Source of the DNA: Vicugna vicugna
Taxonomy: Eukaryota
Direction: 5' to 3'
Assembly: GCA_013265495.1 (NCBI GenBank)
Contig: MU058213.1
Coordinates: 4,154,001 to 4,218,000 of the forward strand
Length of the DNA stretch: 64,000 nucleotides
The translations under genes were made by a program, and so were the position numbers. Below the pieces are notes generated by a model. It was not told where the DNA came from. It ran no database searches and was given only the letters and a program-made list of their open reading frames with translations. Positions 26,241 to 39,189 of this stretch are shown here, piece after piece (within the stretch, counting starts at the first letter, position 1; each line of letters starts with the position of its first letter).

Positions 26241-26399
26241 AAATTTTTTTTAATGGAGAGCCCTGAGGGGAGGAGGAACCCCATACTGAAGGAAAGAGCT
26301 GAGGGGAATGAGGCAATTATGCATCTCCATATTCAGCAATAGTCACAATTTTAACTTCATTTAATGTCCAAACCTGCTTTTACAAGGACCAGTATACAC

Positions 26400-26880
26400 A
26401 TGCTGAATTAATTTCCTATTGCTGCTACAACAAAGTACCACAGTTTATTGTTTAAAACAACACAAACACATTATCTTACAGTTCAGTAGGTCAGAAGTCT
26501 GATATAAGTCTCAACGGGCTAAAATAAAGGTGTCGGCGGCATTATGTTCATTTCTGGAGGCCCTAGAATCTGTTTCCTTGCTTTTCCCATCTTATAGAGA
26601 GTACCTTCATTCCTTAACTCATGACTCCTTTCCCTCATTCTCAAATTCAGTGATATCACATTTCCCTGACCATTCTTCCTTCATCATATCTCTCTCTGAC
26701 CTTGGCTGACAAAGGTTCTCCAATTTTAATGACTCGTGATTAGACTGGGCCCATTCTTCCTTCATCATATCTCTCTCTGACCTTGGCTGAGAAAGGTTCT
26801 CCAATTTTAATGACTCGTGATTAGACTGGGCCCCATCTCAAGGTCCACAGCCTCATCACGTCTGCAAAGTCCCCCACCTT
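26400..26880 (-). mobile_element. MaLR LTR (MLT1 group)
   Basis: tttcctattgctgctacaacaaagtaccac...attatcttacagttc...cacgtctgcaaagtcc. Confidence 0.8.
26670..26831. repeat. 81-bp tandem duplication, 2 copies, 1 mismatch
   Basis: 26670-26750 and 26751-26831 are identical except c26710/g26791. Confidence 0.97.
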
Positions 26881-27485
26881 GTTCAAGCCAGCATCACCTA
26901 TAACCTGTATCTCACCTGGATTTTGCAATAGCTTTCCAACTGGTCTCCACTATTCCACTACAGATAATTATCCTCACAGCAAGATCAAAGGTTGTGTTTT
27001 GCACCTTTTAAGTTTGGTTTACCTGAAACAATCAAGAGGATTTCAAATAGTTGTCTAGTATATAGGTGAATCTTCAATTCTGGAGCTTCAGAGAGAGTTT
27101 TTGATTGGAGATATGAATTTAGAAGACATCGCTGTATAGATGGCTTTTTAAATCCTAAGGCTGAAAGAGGTAAGCAAAGGAGTGAGTGTAGCTAGAAAAC
27201 AGGCTGAGAACTGAGTCCTAGGGCATTTTAACAAGGAATAACTCAGCAAAGACCACTAGTCTATCAATGGAAATAGAAGGAAAACTAGGGGCTTGTCGCT
27301 TTCTGGAAGTCAAGTGAAGAAAGTATTTTAGGAAGGATAAAGTAATCAGCTGTGTCAAATGCTGACGACAAGAGGACCAATAAGAAGACAGAGTCTGAGG
27401 ACTGCCAATGGATTTGGCAAGATGGAAGTAGTCATTTCAACAAGAGCAGTTTCAGAGGAGGAGTAGGCACAAAAGCCTGACTGCA
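26880..27485. mobile_element. L2 fragments
   Basis: gtaatcagctgtgtcaaatgctg...ggatttggcaagatggaag...caagagcagtttcagaggag. Confidence 0.65.
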
Positions 27486-27487
27486 GC

Positions 27488-27948
27488 GTGGCAGCTTTGG
27501 AAACACGTCACTCAGATGTCCGGCTGCAGGGAGGACAGTTGACGAACAGCCCCAGCTGCAGCCCCTGCAAATCCATCACTGGATTTGTGCTCAGATCAAG
27601 CTTTCTGCCAGCATCTCCTAACCGGTGGTTGAACCTAGAGAGGCATTAGTGCAGGCCCATTCCTGTGAGAAGCAAGATTTCTCTCAGACTCAACTTCGGT
27701 TTAAGGACTTTGATCAGCTTCACCAAAACTTTCTTAGAATTGAGCTGTATTCCAAGGGTCTTCTTGCCAGTCCTCCTTCCTCCCCCTTCTCCTTTCATAG
27801 GCCTACATCAGACCTACATAATTGTCTAATGGCTCTTCCCAACTACTTCTGCTCTTTCTTTTTATCTTTCACAGACGTTTCCCTCCAATAAATCTACCCA
27901 ACTAATCCCATTTGGGCATCCACTTCCCAGAGTACTCAAACTAACACA
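27488..27948 (+). mobile_element. ERVL LTR (LTR16/LTR40-like)
   Basis: Ends caataaatct...ggcatccacttcccagag...actaacaca. Confidence 0.6.
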
Positions 27949-28227
27949 GTGTAGGTTAAATAAAGAGTAGGAGGAAACTAACCTTATAAAGAGGAGCAGA
28001 AAATTACACTTGGTGGGGGAACATGAGGTCTACCTAGGTGTGATGTTGTGTAGATATGAGCTATCATAGCACATTTGTATGTTGATCCGAATTATCCAGT
28101 AGAGAAGGATAAACTAATGATGTATTAGATAATTCTAGAGATGAAGTGCCTGAGTAGACAAACAGGTAGAGGAGCCAGTTTATCAAGATAGAGGTCACCA
28201 GCTTCAGCATCTTTTCCTCTGAACCTC

Positions 28228-28655
28228 TGTGGTGGGCTGCACCCCCATAGGCCTGCAAGCATTGCAGCTGCCTGGCTGCAGGACAAAAGAAAGGGTCTGG
28301 AGACAGCAATGAAGACATCAGCTGTTTATTGGATGGGGGATCTTACTCGTTCTAAAAAAAACGGGTTCTGGAGCAACACCCCCACATTATAGGTCTGACA
28401 GCAACCAGGACATGGCAGCAATCTTCACTACTGGGGAAGGAGGAGGCTACAATTTAGTAGGGAGAATTGATGTCAGTTTGGTTCATTAGTTACCAGGGAA
28501 ACCAGCAGCTGAGGGAGGGAGCAAGCAAGTAGGCAGCTACTGAGTAAGCCCTATGATGAAGAGGACTGGATAGTCACGTGGGTGAAGCAGGGACTGGCCG
28601 AGGAGGGATATACAGAGAACAAGAGAACAGCCATCGTAAATTGGCTGACCATACA
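28228..28655 (-). mobile_element. Solo LTR, family not assigned
   Basis: TG...CA termini (tgtggtggg ... gaccataca); minus-strand AATAAA (tttatt ~28325); LTR-like size and composition; no clear TSD. Confidence 0.55.
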
Positions 28656-28719
28656 CTACCCTATGGTTCATCCAGTTCCTCAAAGCCAGAAGACACCTTC
28701 CAGAGTAAAAGTAGTTTGT

Positions 28720-28940
28720 AATGTTCTTTAATACACATTATCTCATTTGATCCTTACAACTATACATGAATTGGCAGGCACTAGCATCATACGCATAAAA
28801 GGTAAGAAAAATAAAATTCAAGTTAATTTTAGGTGAATTTCTAGGGTTTCTATGATTAGGAAAGGGTAGACCTGAGAGTTAAAATCTTGTCTTCTGATTC
28901 CAAGTCTAGCATTCATTTTATTACTATACCCTGCTTTCTC
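28720..28940 (-). mobile_element. MIR
   Basis: acattatctcatttgatccttacaac...gtcttctgattccaagtc. Confidence 0.7.
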
Positions 28941-29569
28941 CAAGAAAACGTAAGAGGTTGGACAAAGGGTGTAAACAGGGTGAGCAGGGGATAATTACAC
29001 CAGGGTTGAATGTCAGTGTTGGTGAGTACTGGAGCTCATATTCAGGATCCCAGAGCTATTGAATAGACACAACTATCAGCAAACATGAAACAGAATGGGA
29101 GTTCATCTGATTGACAGATCATTCTGAAGATACTAGACAGCCAATACAAAATTTAAGCGTATAGCAACAAGACAGACGCTGGGGTACTTCAGAACAAGGA
29201 GGCATAAAGCTAAGAGTCGGAAGGAATAGTCAGGAGAATTCCTGACCCCCTAGAGCAGTGCTTCAGGCATTTTTATAGAGGGCCACACTTAGGCTATAGA
29301 TTAGAAGAGAATCATTGAGGATTCTGAGTTAGCAGGGGTGTAGGCATGTTAGAATTCAAAGATAACTTTAAGGTTCCTGTCATGGGAGACCATATGGATG
29401 CACTCAAGAATACTAAGAGAGGAGCTAAGGGGACCAAGGTGAGATTGTGATAGAGGCAGATGATTAATTCCTTTTGATATATCAATGTTTGGAATGGGGG
29501 AAGATTTCTTTCTTGATCTCAAGGGACATATTTGATTGGTTTAATGAAGAGACAAAACTGGTGACATTT

Positions 29570-30395
29570 CTTTTTTTTTCTTTTTTTTCTTTTTTTTAAC
29601 ATTTTTTATTGAGTTATAGTCATTTTACAATATTGTGTCAAATTCCAGTGTAGAGCACAATTTTTCAGTTATACATGAGCATACATATATTCATTGTCAC
29701 ATTTTTTTTCGCTGTGAGCTACCACAGATCTTGTATATATTTCCCCGTGCTATACGGTATAATCTTGTTTATCTATTCTACATTTTGAAATCCCAGCCTG
29801 TCTCTTCCCACCCCCTGCCCCCTTGGCAACCACAAGTTTGTATTCTATGTCTATGAGTCTGTTTCTGTTTTGTATTTATGTTTTGTTTTTTTTTAGATTC
29901 CACATATGAGTGATCTCATATGGTATTTTTCTTTCTCTTTCTGGCTTACTTCTCTTAGAATGACATTCTCCAGTAACATCCATGTTGCTGCAAATGGCGT
30001 TATGTTCTCGGTTTTTATGGCTGAATAGTAAGTATTCCATTGTATAAATATACCACATCTTCTTTATTCAGTCATCTGTTGATGGACATTTAGGCTGTTT
30101 CCATGTCTTGGCTATTGTAAATAGTGCTGCTATGAACATTGGGGTGCTGATGTCATCCTGAAGTAGGGTTCCTTCTGCTCAGGAGCAGGATTCCTGGGTC
30201 ATATGGTAAGTCTATTCCTAGTCTTTTGAGGAATCTCCATACTGTTTTCCATAGTGGCTGCACAAAACTGCATTCCCACTTGCAGTGTAGGAGGGTTCCC
30301 TTTTCTCCACAGTCTCTCCAGCATTTGTCATTTATGAACTTTTGAATGATGGCCATTCTGACTGGTGTGAGGTGATACCTCATTGTAGTTTTGAT
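29570..30395 (-). mobile_element. Young 5'-truncated L1 with poly(A) tail and TSD
   Basis: Poly-T 29571-29597; perfect TSD tggtgacattt at 29559-29569 and 30396-30406; ORF2 C-terminal remnant [15 protein letters not shown]. Confidence 0.93.
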
Positions 30396-32279
30396 TGGTG
30401 ACATTTTTTAAGCCCTTTAGTCAGGGGAAGGATGAAAAAGAGGAGACTTAAGTAGGCCCTGGGTATCAAGAAGGAACCGGTCTTTTACTTTTCCTGATCA
30501 CAATGGTGAATAATACATCTTTCCTGACTTGTTAAAGCTTTAGAATGATTAATTTTCATGTTCTTATCCAAAATGTCCTCTTTTTACAAACATGTTTTCT
30601 GCTTTTTCCGTTATAAGAACAAAAATAACAATAGTTCTCACTTCTCATGACACAGCTTTCCTGTACATAAAAGCTACCAACCTATTTCTCCCTCTTTCTC
30701 CCCCTCTCCTTCTTTTTCCCTCTCCTCCTCTCATTCCCTTCCTCTGCTTCTGTCTCTCTCTCTCTTATCCAATGCTCTAGAATGTGAGTTTTGGCCTTAC
30801 AGTTTTCTTCATAAACTCTATCTTCCTCATGAAAGGAGGATCAGTCATCAAGGATGTACAGTGGAAAAAGAGAACAAAGAAATTTCAAGATCCACCATAA
30901 AACACCAAAACCACACTGGGAGTTATAGACAGGAAACAACTGAGAGGAGGCTGAACCATGCGAACTAGAAGTCTATAGCTTCTGCAGGAGTTCCACTGGA
31001 ACTCCATCTTTCAGAACCCTGGGATGCATGAAGGTTGACCAAGACAAAAGAGCCAAAATAAATGGAATATACATGCAAATAAGTATCCTTTACTTCAGAT
31101 TGTTTGCTGACCATTTAAATATTTTCTCTTTCCCAGATCTGGTCTCTGCTCCCCAAATATGATTGGAATCTTAAATAGAAATAAACTTTCTAGCCAAATA
31201 GGCAATCCCTACTTTTACACTCTATGTTTTGCTATACATTCATCTTAATCATCTTTTACTTTAGATTTTATGCAGTTTACATCCATTGTCTTAATTCGTT
31301 TAGTACTGAATTAGTCATTTTTCATTCAATTCCTTTGTGCTCTGGACTAAGCTCCTTCCTAGATGGTGAACTACACTAGGGCAGAGTATTATCTTTCTCT
31401 GTGATCTGTCACAGGGAAAGATCCCCCAAAATGTTGGATGAATAGATGGATGAGGGAATGAGTGGATGAATTACTCTCCCGGTATCCTCCAATCTGTTGA
31501 AGCCCTACCTCAAATACTCCCTCCTTCCTAAACCCATTCTTGAGTTTATCCGCCCTCATTTATTTGAGTCGTTAAGGATTTGTCTCCTAAAAATGTATCC
31601 CATTTTGTATTTTTACTTTACCATCTTGTGTTTTCTGTTTGTTTCATTCTTCCATAGAGAGGGACTTTGCCTCATTTATGTTTATATCTCCTGTTGTACT
31701 TACCACAGAGTTCAGATGAGAAATGAGTAATTTTTAATGTGATTTAATCTACAGTAATTTGATTCCCCTAATATCGTTGCAAGATAGACAGAACTGGTAT
31801 TATTGTCCTTATTGTATTAAGAAACCGAGGTTTAAAGAAGTTAATGACTATGACACAACTGGCCAAAGAGCTGGCCGTGAGGAGAGCACAGGGGTGGGAA
31901 AGGAGAACCAGCTTCTACCAGCACCATTTCCTGACTCAGTATGCATTAAACAGATCTGCTTTTAAACAGCTTTTAAAAGGAGCATGCTGGGTCATAAAAA
32001 CGAAAAACTTCTGCATGTAGGAAGAGGATAAGGTCTTTAAAGATACGTTCCTGCTTTGATCTTTCCTTTAGTAGGGCATATATCATATTTTGCTTTTAAC
32101 CAGTATATTCCCATCACCATACACCATCTTACCCTGATGTCGTATGTATCTAGAATCGGTTCTTAAGTTTTAATGTCACTGTTTCCACTTTGATGTCGAG
32201 GAGCCCCATGCCCTAGGAAGACACAATTGCTGTAGTCCTCAAGTCGCCCTTTTTACCGTATGGATTCTTCCACCTTCCA

Positions 32280-32700
32280 GTCAATGCTCCACAACAATGC
32301 CAGGAAAATTTTCAAAAATACCATCATGTACATACCTGCCAACACCATCCCCACAATATTTTTTAATGGCTGTCCTCTGATTTCAGAATAAGATCAAATT
32401 CTTTAGCCTGAAATTCTGTCTTCTCACAGGCTCACCACCAACCTCATTTCCAAACTTCTGTTGTACTGCTTGTCCAAGGAGCCTTCCATTCTTTAAGCTC
32501 AGAGTCCCCACATGTGATACATGTGTTCCCTCCCCTCTTAGTCATGTCATTTGTCCTATTTAAAATGTCTTCTCCTTTCTTCACCTTTTATCTAAATGCT
32601 GTACTATCTTCAAAGCAGCAGCTCAAAGGCTACCTTCGCTCTGAAGTTTTACCATATATATCACCACTTGGTAATCATTCTTCCTCTGAATTCCCTTAGC
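32280..32700 (+). mobile_element. L2 fragment
   Basis: aatggctgtcctctgatttcagaataagatcaaattc...cagctcaaaggctacc. Confidence 0.55.
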
Positions 32701-33699
32701 ACTTTCCATATGCTACTTGACAGTCTTTTAAGGTACATATACCCTCTGACCCCAAATAAATCTTCAACTCATCCCAAATGGAAACCCTGTAGCCATTAAA
32801 CAGTAACTCTTCACTCTTCCTCCCCACAGCCACTGTCTTTAAAAAAAAAACAAAACTCTTGTGATTACATTCTGCACTATGATTGAAAAGCTCTGATTTA
32901 CAGGTTAGCACATCCATCCTTGCTCTATCTCCCCGTTACCATGGCTCAGAAATCATTGTTGGCTGCACTGGGCCAAAGGTGGTGGCATCCTGTGGTATTT
33001 TGTTGGCAAGCTTTCCTAAATTTTTCATTGGGGCAGCTGACTGTGCACATGGCTCCTTTCTGCTCCTTCTGGTGTTACCCAGATCTGTCTATCTCTGACT
33101 CAGAGGTCACAACAGTGAAGGACTCAAGCTCTGTTTTCTAGCTTGCTCTCTGAGTCTTGTTCCCTATTTCTCAGGGGTTGGTCCTCAACCTGTTTAGGTT
33201 TGCTGGTTCCAAAAAAATTTCTAGAATAACCTGTATTTGCAACTGCATGATCACCCTCTCCAGTACATCCCTGCCTGAAAAGAAGGATAAAATTTTTTCT
33301 TTTTCGTACTCATTCTACATCCTTTATTGCCCTCAGGGTGTCAGGTTAGGTTAAAGAAACGTGCATAGGACTGGGCATTTTAGAAGGCACTACATTTCTG
33401 ATAGTGGGAAAAGTGATGAACAAATGTTAAGCTCTCTATTTCAGGAAAATGAACTGATTCTCAATTTTTTTAGATGCTGAAATATCTAGAATGCATGATT
33501 TTATTCACTGCTCTTCTATCATAGTATATAGCTTGATGGGGAGAAAGAGGGGTGAAATAGACTTATTTTAAAACTTGAAATTATTATGCTGAAGTTGTAA
33601 GCCTACTTTCACTCATGTTTGAAATTAAGGCAACAACGTATGTGAAGGAAAATTAGAGAACGAAAAGCAATGATAAGCAAGGTGCAATTGTTTAGACTT

Positions 33700-34500
33700 C
33701 TTAATCATTCCCTTACCTGTTGAACACCTGCTACCATACCAGATACTGAGAAAAGTTCAAAAATGAAAATGCATGGTCCTACCTTCTAGGAGCTTACAAT
33801 CTAGTACTGGAGAGACAAGGTAAGCAGCTTACGAAGTCAAATTAATCACAAAAAAGAGAGTGATGTGAGTAAGGAATAGTGAGAGTAGAGAGAAAAAGGA
33901 AGGTCTACACCAACTGTGTGAAATCAGGAAAGACTTGGTGGTAGAAACAAAATTGGAGCAACATCTCTGATGGCAGATATCGATGTTGATGTTGTAGAAA
34001 AGTCTATCCAGGGTTCTGGCCTAGTAGTAACAGAAGGATAGAGTCTGGCTGGGACAGAGTCGCCTGGGTGAAAAAGCTAGAGAGAAACACAGATTATGGC
34101 CTTCTTACTAGCCTACAGGGAACCATTAATCTTCCTATCCAGATGAGCGTCATAATTAGAGTTGTGTCTCAGGTAGATGAATTTGACCATGATATGTTGG
34201 TTGAATTGGAATGCAGAGTATAGGCAGGGATAATGCAACACTAGATTGCCTTTTAAAGTTTACATTCTCCCTCTTACATGAGCGGCAGCTTGATAGAGCG
34301 GAAAAATCGCTGGATTTGAAGTCTGACTGTGTCTCTTACTAGCTGTGACTTTGGGCATATTACTTAATATCTGTATCCTCAGTTTCTTTTCCTAGTAAGT
34401 GGAATGAATACCTATCTTTTAGAATTGCTTTGGTAAATGAGATAGGCCTCAGAACACAATGCCTTGTACGTAATAAGAGTTCAATGAATGTTGGTTTCCC
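33700..34500. mobile_element. L2 fragment (~33700-34230) followed by MIR (~34280-34500)
   Basis: tgttgaacacctgct...aggagcttacaatctagt; cttactagctgtgactttgggcatattacttaa. Confidence 0.6.
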
Positions 34501-35758
34501 TCCTTTTCTATCTAATTCACATTTGAAAGACGTTTATTTCTATGACTGTCTTTTAATACAGCCTGAGTTACTGAACACCCACATAGTTCATTCCAGTGGT
34601 TTAGATGATGCCAAAGTCTGTGACACAGAAGGCAAAATTATATCACATTTGCATTTGGGAATAAATTTACAATCAGGAGATTAACAGATACTTTGAGTTC
34701 TCCAGACAGTCTGAGTTTGTTCAAATGAATGTGTCATTTAACATGTGTCTGTGACTGGGCAAGGAGATGCAAAAGTAGATACAACTTAGTCCTGCTCTGG
34801 AGAAGTTCAAAGTCAAGTATCAGAGATATCTATATCAATACATAGATAATTTTTAAAGTTTACCATAAGTGCTAGGAGCAGTTTATACAAAGTGTTACGG
34901 GAGCACAAAATATGTAACTAAGATGAGATCACAGAGATCATGGAAAAGCTTCACAAGGAAGCAACCCCTTTAGATGAGCCTTGGAGTGTTGTTCATCTGC
35001 TACACAGGTGGAGAAAGAACATAATTGGCAGGAGAAATAGTGCAAAAATATAAAGAAGAGAGGGATTGCATTGGGCTGCATTTAACTGATAATAAAAATA
35101 ACAGAGGTTTAAACAACGTTGGGATTTATTTTTCCCACATACAAAAGAACGTAGAGGTAGGCCGTTGATGGCATTGATTTAGTGACTCAAGGATGTCAGG
35201 TCACAGGTCTCTGAGATTCTTTTAGTCTATATTCCAAAGGAAGCTGAGAAATAAAGGTTTTCTCTTATTTATTTATTTTACCCTTTTTAAGTTGGGTGCA
35301 AAATTACCCCCAACAAAATTAAAATTCTGTTAAAAAGGAAGAAAGTGGAGAATAAATTTGGTGGAGGCAAATAACAGTCTCTGGTATAGCATTTTTGGGA
35401 GATTGCAAATAGTCAGTGTGGCTGAATGATGGAATTTCAGAGAAGATGGATGGATGAGGCTGGAGATGAAGTGGATGAGCCAAGGGAAGATCTAAAAGTT
35501 TATTTGTGCATTTTGTTCATGGGAAGTCCAAAGTTCCATGATGGGATATCAGGAACATTTGCTGGGTTCCAGCCACAGCAATAGGAATAGAAAGTTCTTT
35601 ATTACCATCACATTTTGGCCAATTGATCAGAAACCTCCCAAGTCCTAGTAATGTAGCCAAGGGCAGGGTTCCAGCAGAAACGGTGGTTATTTTGCATATA
35701 CTGCAGAATAACCCATTTTTATCCCATACTTTGTTATTGATAAAAGTCACCACAGACA

Positions 35759-35854
35759 GGCGGTGGGTAGTAGCTCAGTGGCAGAGCACATGGTATACAA
35801 GGCCCTGGGTTCAATCTCCAGTACCTCTATTTTTAAAAAATGATGTGAAAAAAT
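35759..35854 (+). mobile_element. tRNA-derived SINE (Vic-1-like, camelid), internally shortened
   Basis: A box tagctcagtgg, B box ggttcaatctcc, A-rich tail; TSD gtcaccacagaca (35746-35758) / gtcatcacagaca (35855-35867). Confidence 0.85.
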
Positions 35855-37049
35855 GTCATCACAGACAATAATATCTATCTTTTCTTTTGTCCTTTTATTC
35901 TTTTCTTCTTTTTGCCTTGAATTTACACCAGTGTGTGGTCCAGTGACTCTGCTTCTTCCTCTTGATGAGTTTTCAGCAAGATTCCACACCTCTGACTGAA
36001 AGCCAGGCTAGATTCCAAAGTTTCTGATACTTAATTTTTTAAAAAATATTTTCAAGTTTCCATCATTCGTCATATCGCTGCAACTCCTCTCCCACTCACC
36101 CTGGAGCTCTCCAGAGTTGCTAGTGAAAAAAGTCCCCGTCTCCCTCTCTACCCTTCCTTTCCTGCATTCTTATCCTCTCTTGCAGAAGGAAAGGTCAGGG
36201 AAGGTCAGGTACCTGCAGAGTTAAGTGCTTTCTCATATCTGACTAAACCCGTCCTACCACCAAATTAAACCTGTATCTTATATTGTTGATATAAATAATA
36301 ACATTTTGGTGATTCTTTTTCTTATCTCAAAAGCAATACCTGTTTCTTATTTAAAAAAAAAAAACTTGAAAAATACAAATCAACCAGAAAAGAAATGGGA
36401 CTCATCTATAATCCACCATCTAAAAATACCCATTATTAACACTTAGGTGTATGCTCTTTGCTCTCAGTCTTTATGTTATGCAGATGGACTATGTACATTT
36501 TTTGATCATATCATTCTGTACATGTTGCTTCGTAACCTGTTTTGAGTTAAAAATGCACCATACTAGCTTTCTTTTCCATTTTTAAAATTTAAATTTGAAA
36601 TTATTTAATTTACAGATTGCACTGTTTTAACTAAATGGCTAATGGTATGTTTTGATCAATATCAAATGGAGACGGGAAACATACTGGTTCTGTGAAAATA
36701 CCCACCTTCTCCATTAGTGGCATACTCATTCAGTCTTATCTTTATATTCCAGTAAGTTATTTTGCTCTCACTGTTTAACAACAACAACAAAAAACCACAT
36801 AAAAATTCTTGCATACCTTTTTCGATTAGAGAATTACTAATGTTTTTCATTTATCATGGTAAAACCAAAGACAATTTCATAAATTTTTTGTATCTACATG
36901 TGGGGCAATCTGTCTTAAAGTAGGGATAAATTACTCTAAAAGAAATGAATCCTAGTTTTCCCTTCAAGCTTTCCCTTCAAGTCAAGCTTCTTGTTGTTTA
37001 CATAAACTTATTTAAATGAAAAAAATTACATATATGTGTGTGTATATAT

Positions 37050-39100
37050 AATATATATATTATAGTTTTAAAATAAAATATTACAAGACTTTTAGTGAAA
37101 AATAGCCACGGTCCCTGCCCCACTCCGCCCCATTCTCCATGTTTATCCCTCAGGGTCAGACACATGAAACTGTCTTAATTGTTTCTCCTGAAGTAGATCT
37201 CTGTATTTATAAATAATGTAACCTAATGATTATTTCTGGGTTTTAAATTTCAGACATTGAAAATGGCTCCTATAATGGAAGACAAGGACTTAGAACTCAT
37301 GAACTCTTCCCTGAATGCACAGGCATATTTCCTCTCCTCTTGGAGTAATGTAACAGTTTTTACTATATCATCATTTAGTGTCTACGTTAAAATGACACCA
37401 ACAATGTGAATGTACTTAATGCCACTAACTGTACACTTCAAATGGTTAAAACGGTAAATTTTATGTATATGTTAGCAAAAGTACAAAAAACACCAGCTGC
37501 CCAAAATAAATGACATCAACATTGTTCAGTCAGTCATTTAGTACACTATACTACATTTCCAGTACAACTTGTATTTTTCCTACAGTCGGTTATTGTCTTA
37601 TGGGCTTTTTTCTCCTTATTTGCTTAGTGTTTATGGAACTGATCCCAAACTTTCCAGCAGAACTATAAAGCCTAAATCGGTATAGCTAAATACATTAGTT
37701 CCTTTTGTGTGTATGTGATAACGTCCCTTTTGGAATCCTCCACAAGCCTGCTTCTGTCTGGACTGGAAACAACCCAGCTTTGTTTCTATCCTGAAAAGTT
37801 TCACCTCTTTCCTATTTTGAATCTCTTGTTTCCTGAACCCCAACATTTTTTTCTTGCTTTACTGATGGAGCACATACTTCCTGAAAAACTCTATATGGAA
37901 GGTAAGTTTTTTGTGCTCTTAAATGACTGAAAATGTCTTAATTATAAACTACCCTCACTCAATTGGTAGTTTGGCCAAGTATAGAACTTCACGTTACAAA
38001 TAACTTTCACTCAGAAATTTTGAAAGCGTTACGCCTTTGTTTTTCAGCTTCCAGGACTGAGGTTGACACATCTGCCATTCTGATTCTGAAAATTCTGTAC
38101 ATTAATCCACCTTGTCTGCATAGTTTTTATCTCCTATGGTTCTCTTTCTATGCCTGGGGATCTGAAACCCCACAGTGGAACGTCCTGTTTGAATGTTATG
38201 AATATTGTGGCTCTTTTTCCATACAGTGTCTAGGTCACTTACGCTCTTTATGCTTGTTCAGTTTGGAGATTTGTATCCTTTTGTTCTGGGGAAATTTTGT
38301 GTTTCTGTGATCATTTCTCTCCTCCATTTCACTTATTTTTTTCTTTTTGGAACTTCTATTGTGCAGATATTGGCTCTTTTGGATTGATAATTTATCTCTT
38401 TGTCTTTTCTTGCTTCTTTTCCAAATCTTATCTTTTTGTATTGTTTCCTGGGAGACTTACTCAACTTTGCCATCTAATTCTTCTATTGAATTTTTCCATG
38501 ACTATTATCCATGAAAGTTTCATTTTATTTTAATATTTCTTCTCTTTCTTTTTTGATTTCTTCTTATAAAATAAAATTATTTTAATCTTTTTGAAGTATA
38601 TCTAGTTCTGATTATAAAATACATTTCTTTAATTATTAATGAGGTTGAACAACTTTTACTATTTTTTATTAGCCATTGCATTTATTTTAGGATAAATTTT
38701 TCTTTGAATTCACTGCACATTTTTCTATTGAGTGATTAATCTTTTTCTTATTGAATTGTTCAATTTTCTTGTACTTTAAAGAAATTAGGCCTGGCTCATT
38801 ATTTACTCTATTTGATTTTTTTTCACTTTCTCTCTTCTGGATTTATTTTTCTCCTAATGTAAAATTTATATATATGTATTTTATATATATATATAATATA
38901 TATGTATATATAAATTTTTTTTTACTTCCTGGCTTGGGTTTTATGTGATTTTTAGAAAAGCCTTCCTTACTCCAAGATGATAAAAAAAAAAATACTATGT
39001 TTTATTAAGTGTTTCATGATGGCTTTTATTATATGGAGGCACCATAATTTATTTAAACAATCCTCTATTATTAGACTTTAATGTTGTTTCCAATTTTCTG
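37050..39100 (-). mobile_element. Ancient L1ME-like fragments, with a small sense L1MB tail at ~37400-37480
   Basis: T-rich antisense L1-like sequence (ttttcagcttccagg...ctgccattctgattc; gaggttgaacaacttt...attagccatt). Confidence 0.6.
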
Positions 39101-39189
39101 AAGACCACGTCCCCTTGTTTAGTCCTGGACTCCATGAGAAACTGAAGAACAATGGGTGAGTTTCTTCTCTGTAGAGCCTCTTCATAAAT

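Noticed and set aside
26619..26831. Repeated peptide ENLxQPRSERDMMKEEW or CRISPR-like repeat
   Set aside because: Product of the 81-bp two-copy tandem duplication; no spacers, eukaryotic context
30987..31005. Perfect 9-bp inverted repeat ggagttcca-c-tggaactcc
   Set aside because: An arm of this length is expected by chance in 64 kb; no supporting context
35650..35673. Minus-strand WNPALGYI resembles creatine kinase WNPHLGYI
   Set aside because: The invariant following motif TCPSNLGTG is absent (TRTWEVS instead), the frame has nearby stops and similarity does not extend; treated as chance
35759..35830. Possible tRNA gene (also 63230-63291)
   Set aside because: A/B boxes present but no full cloverleaf; A-rich tail and TSD indicate a SINE
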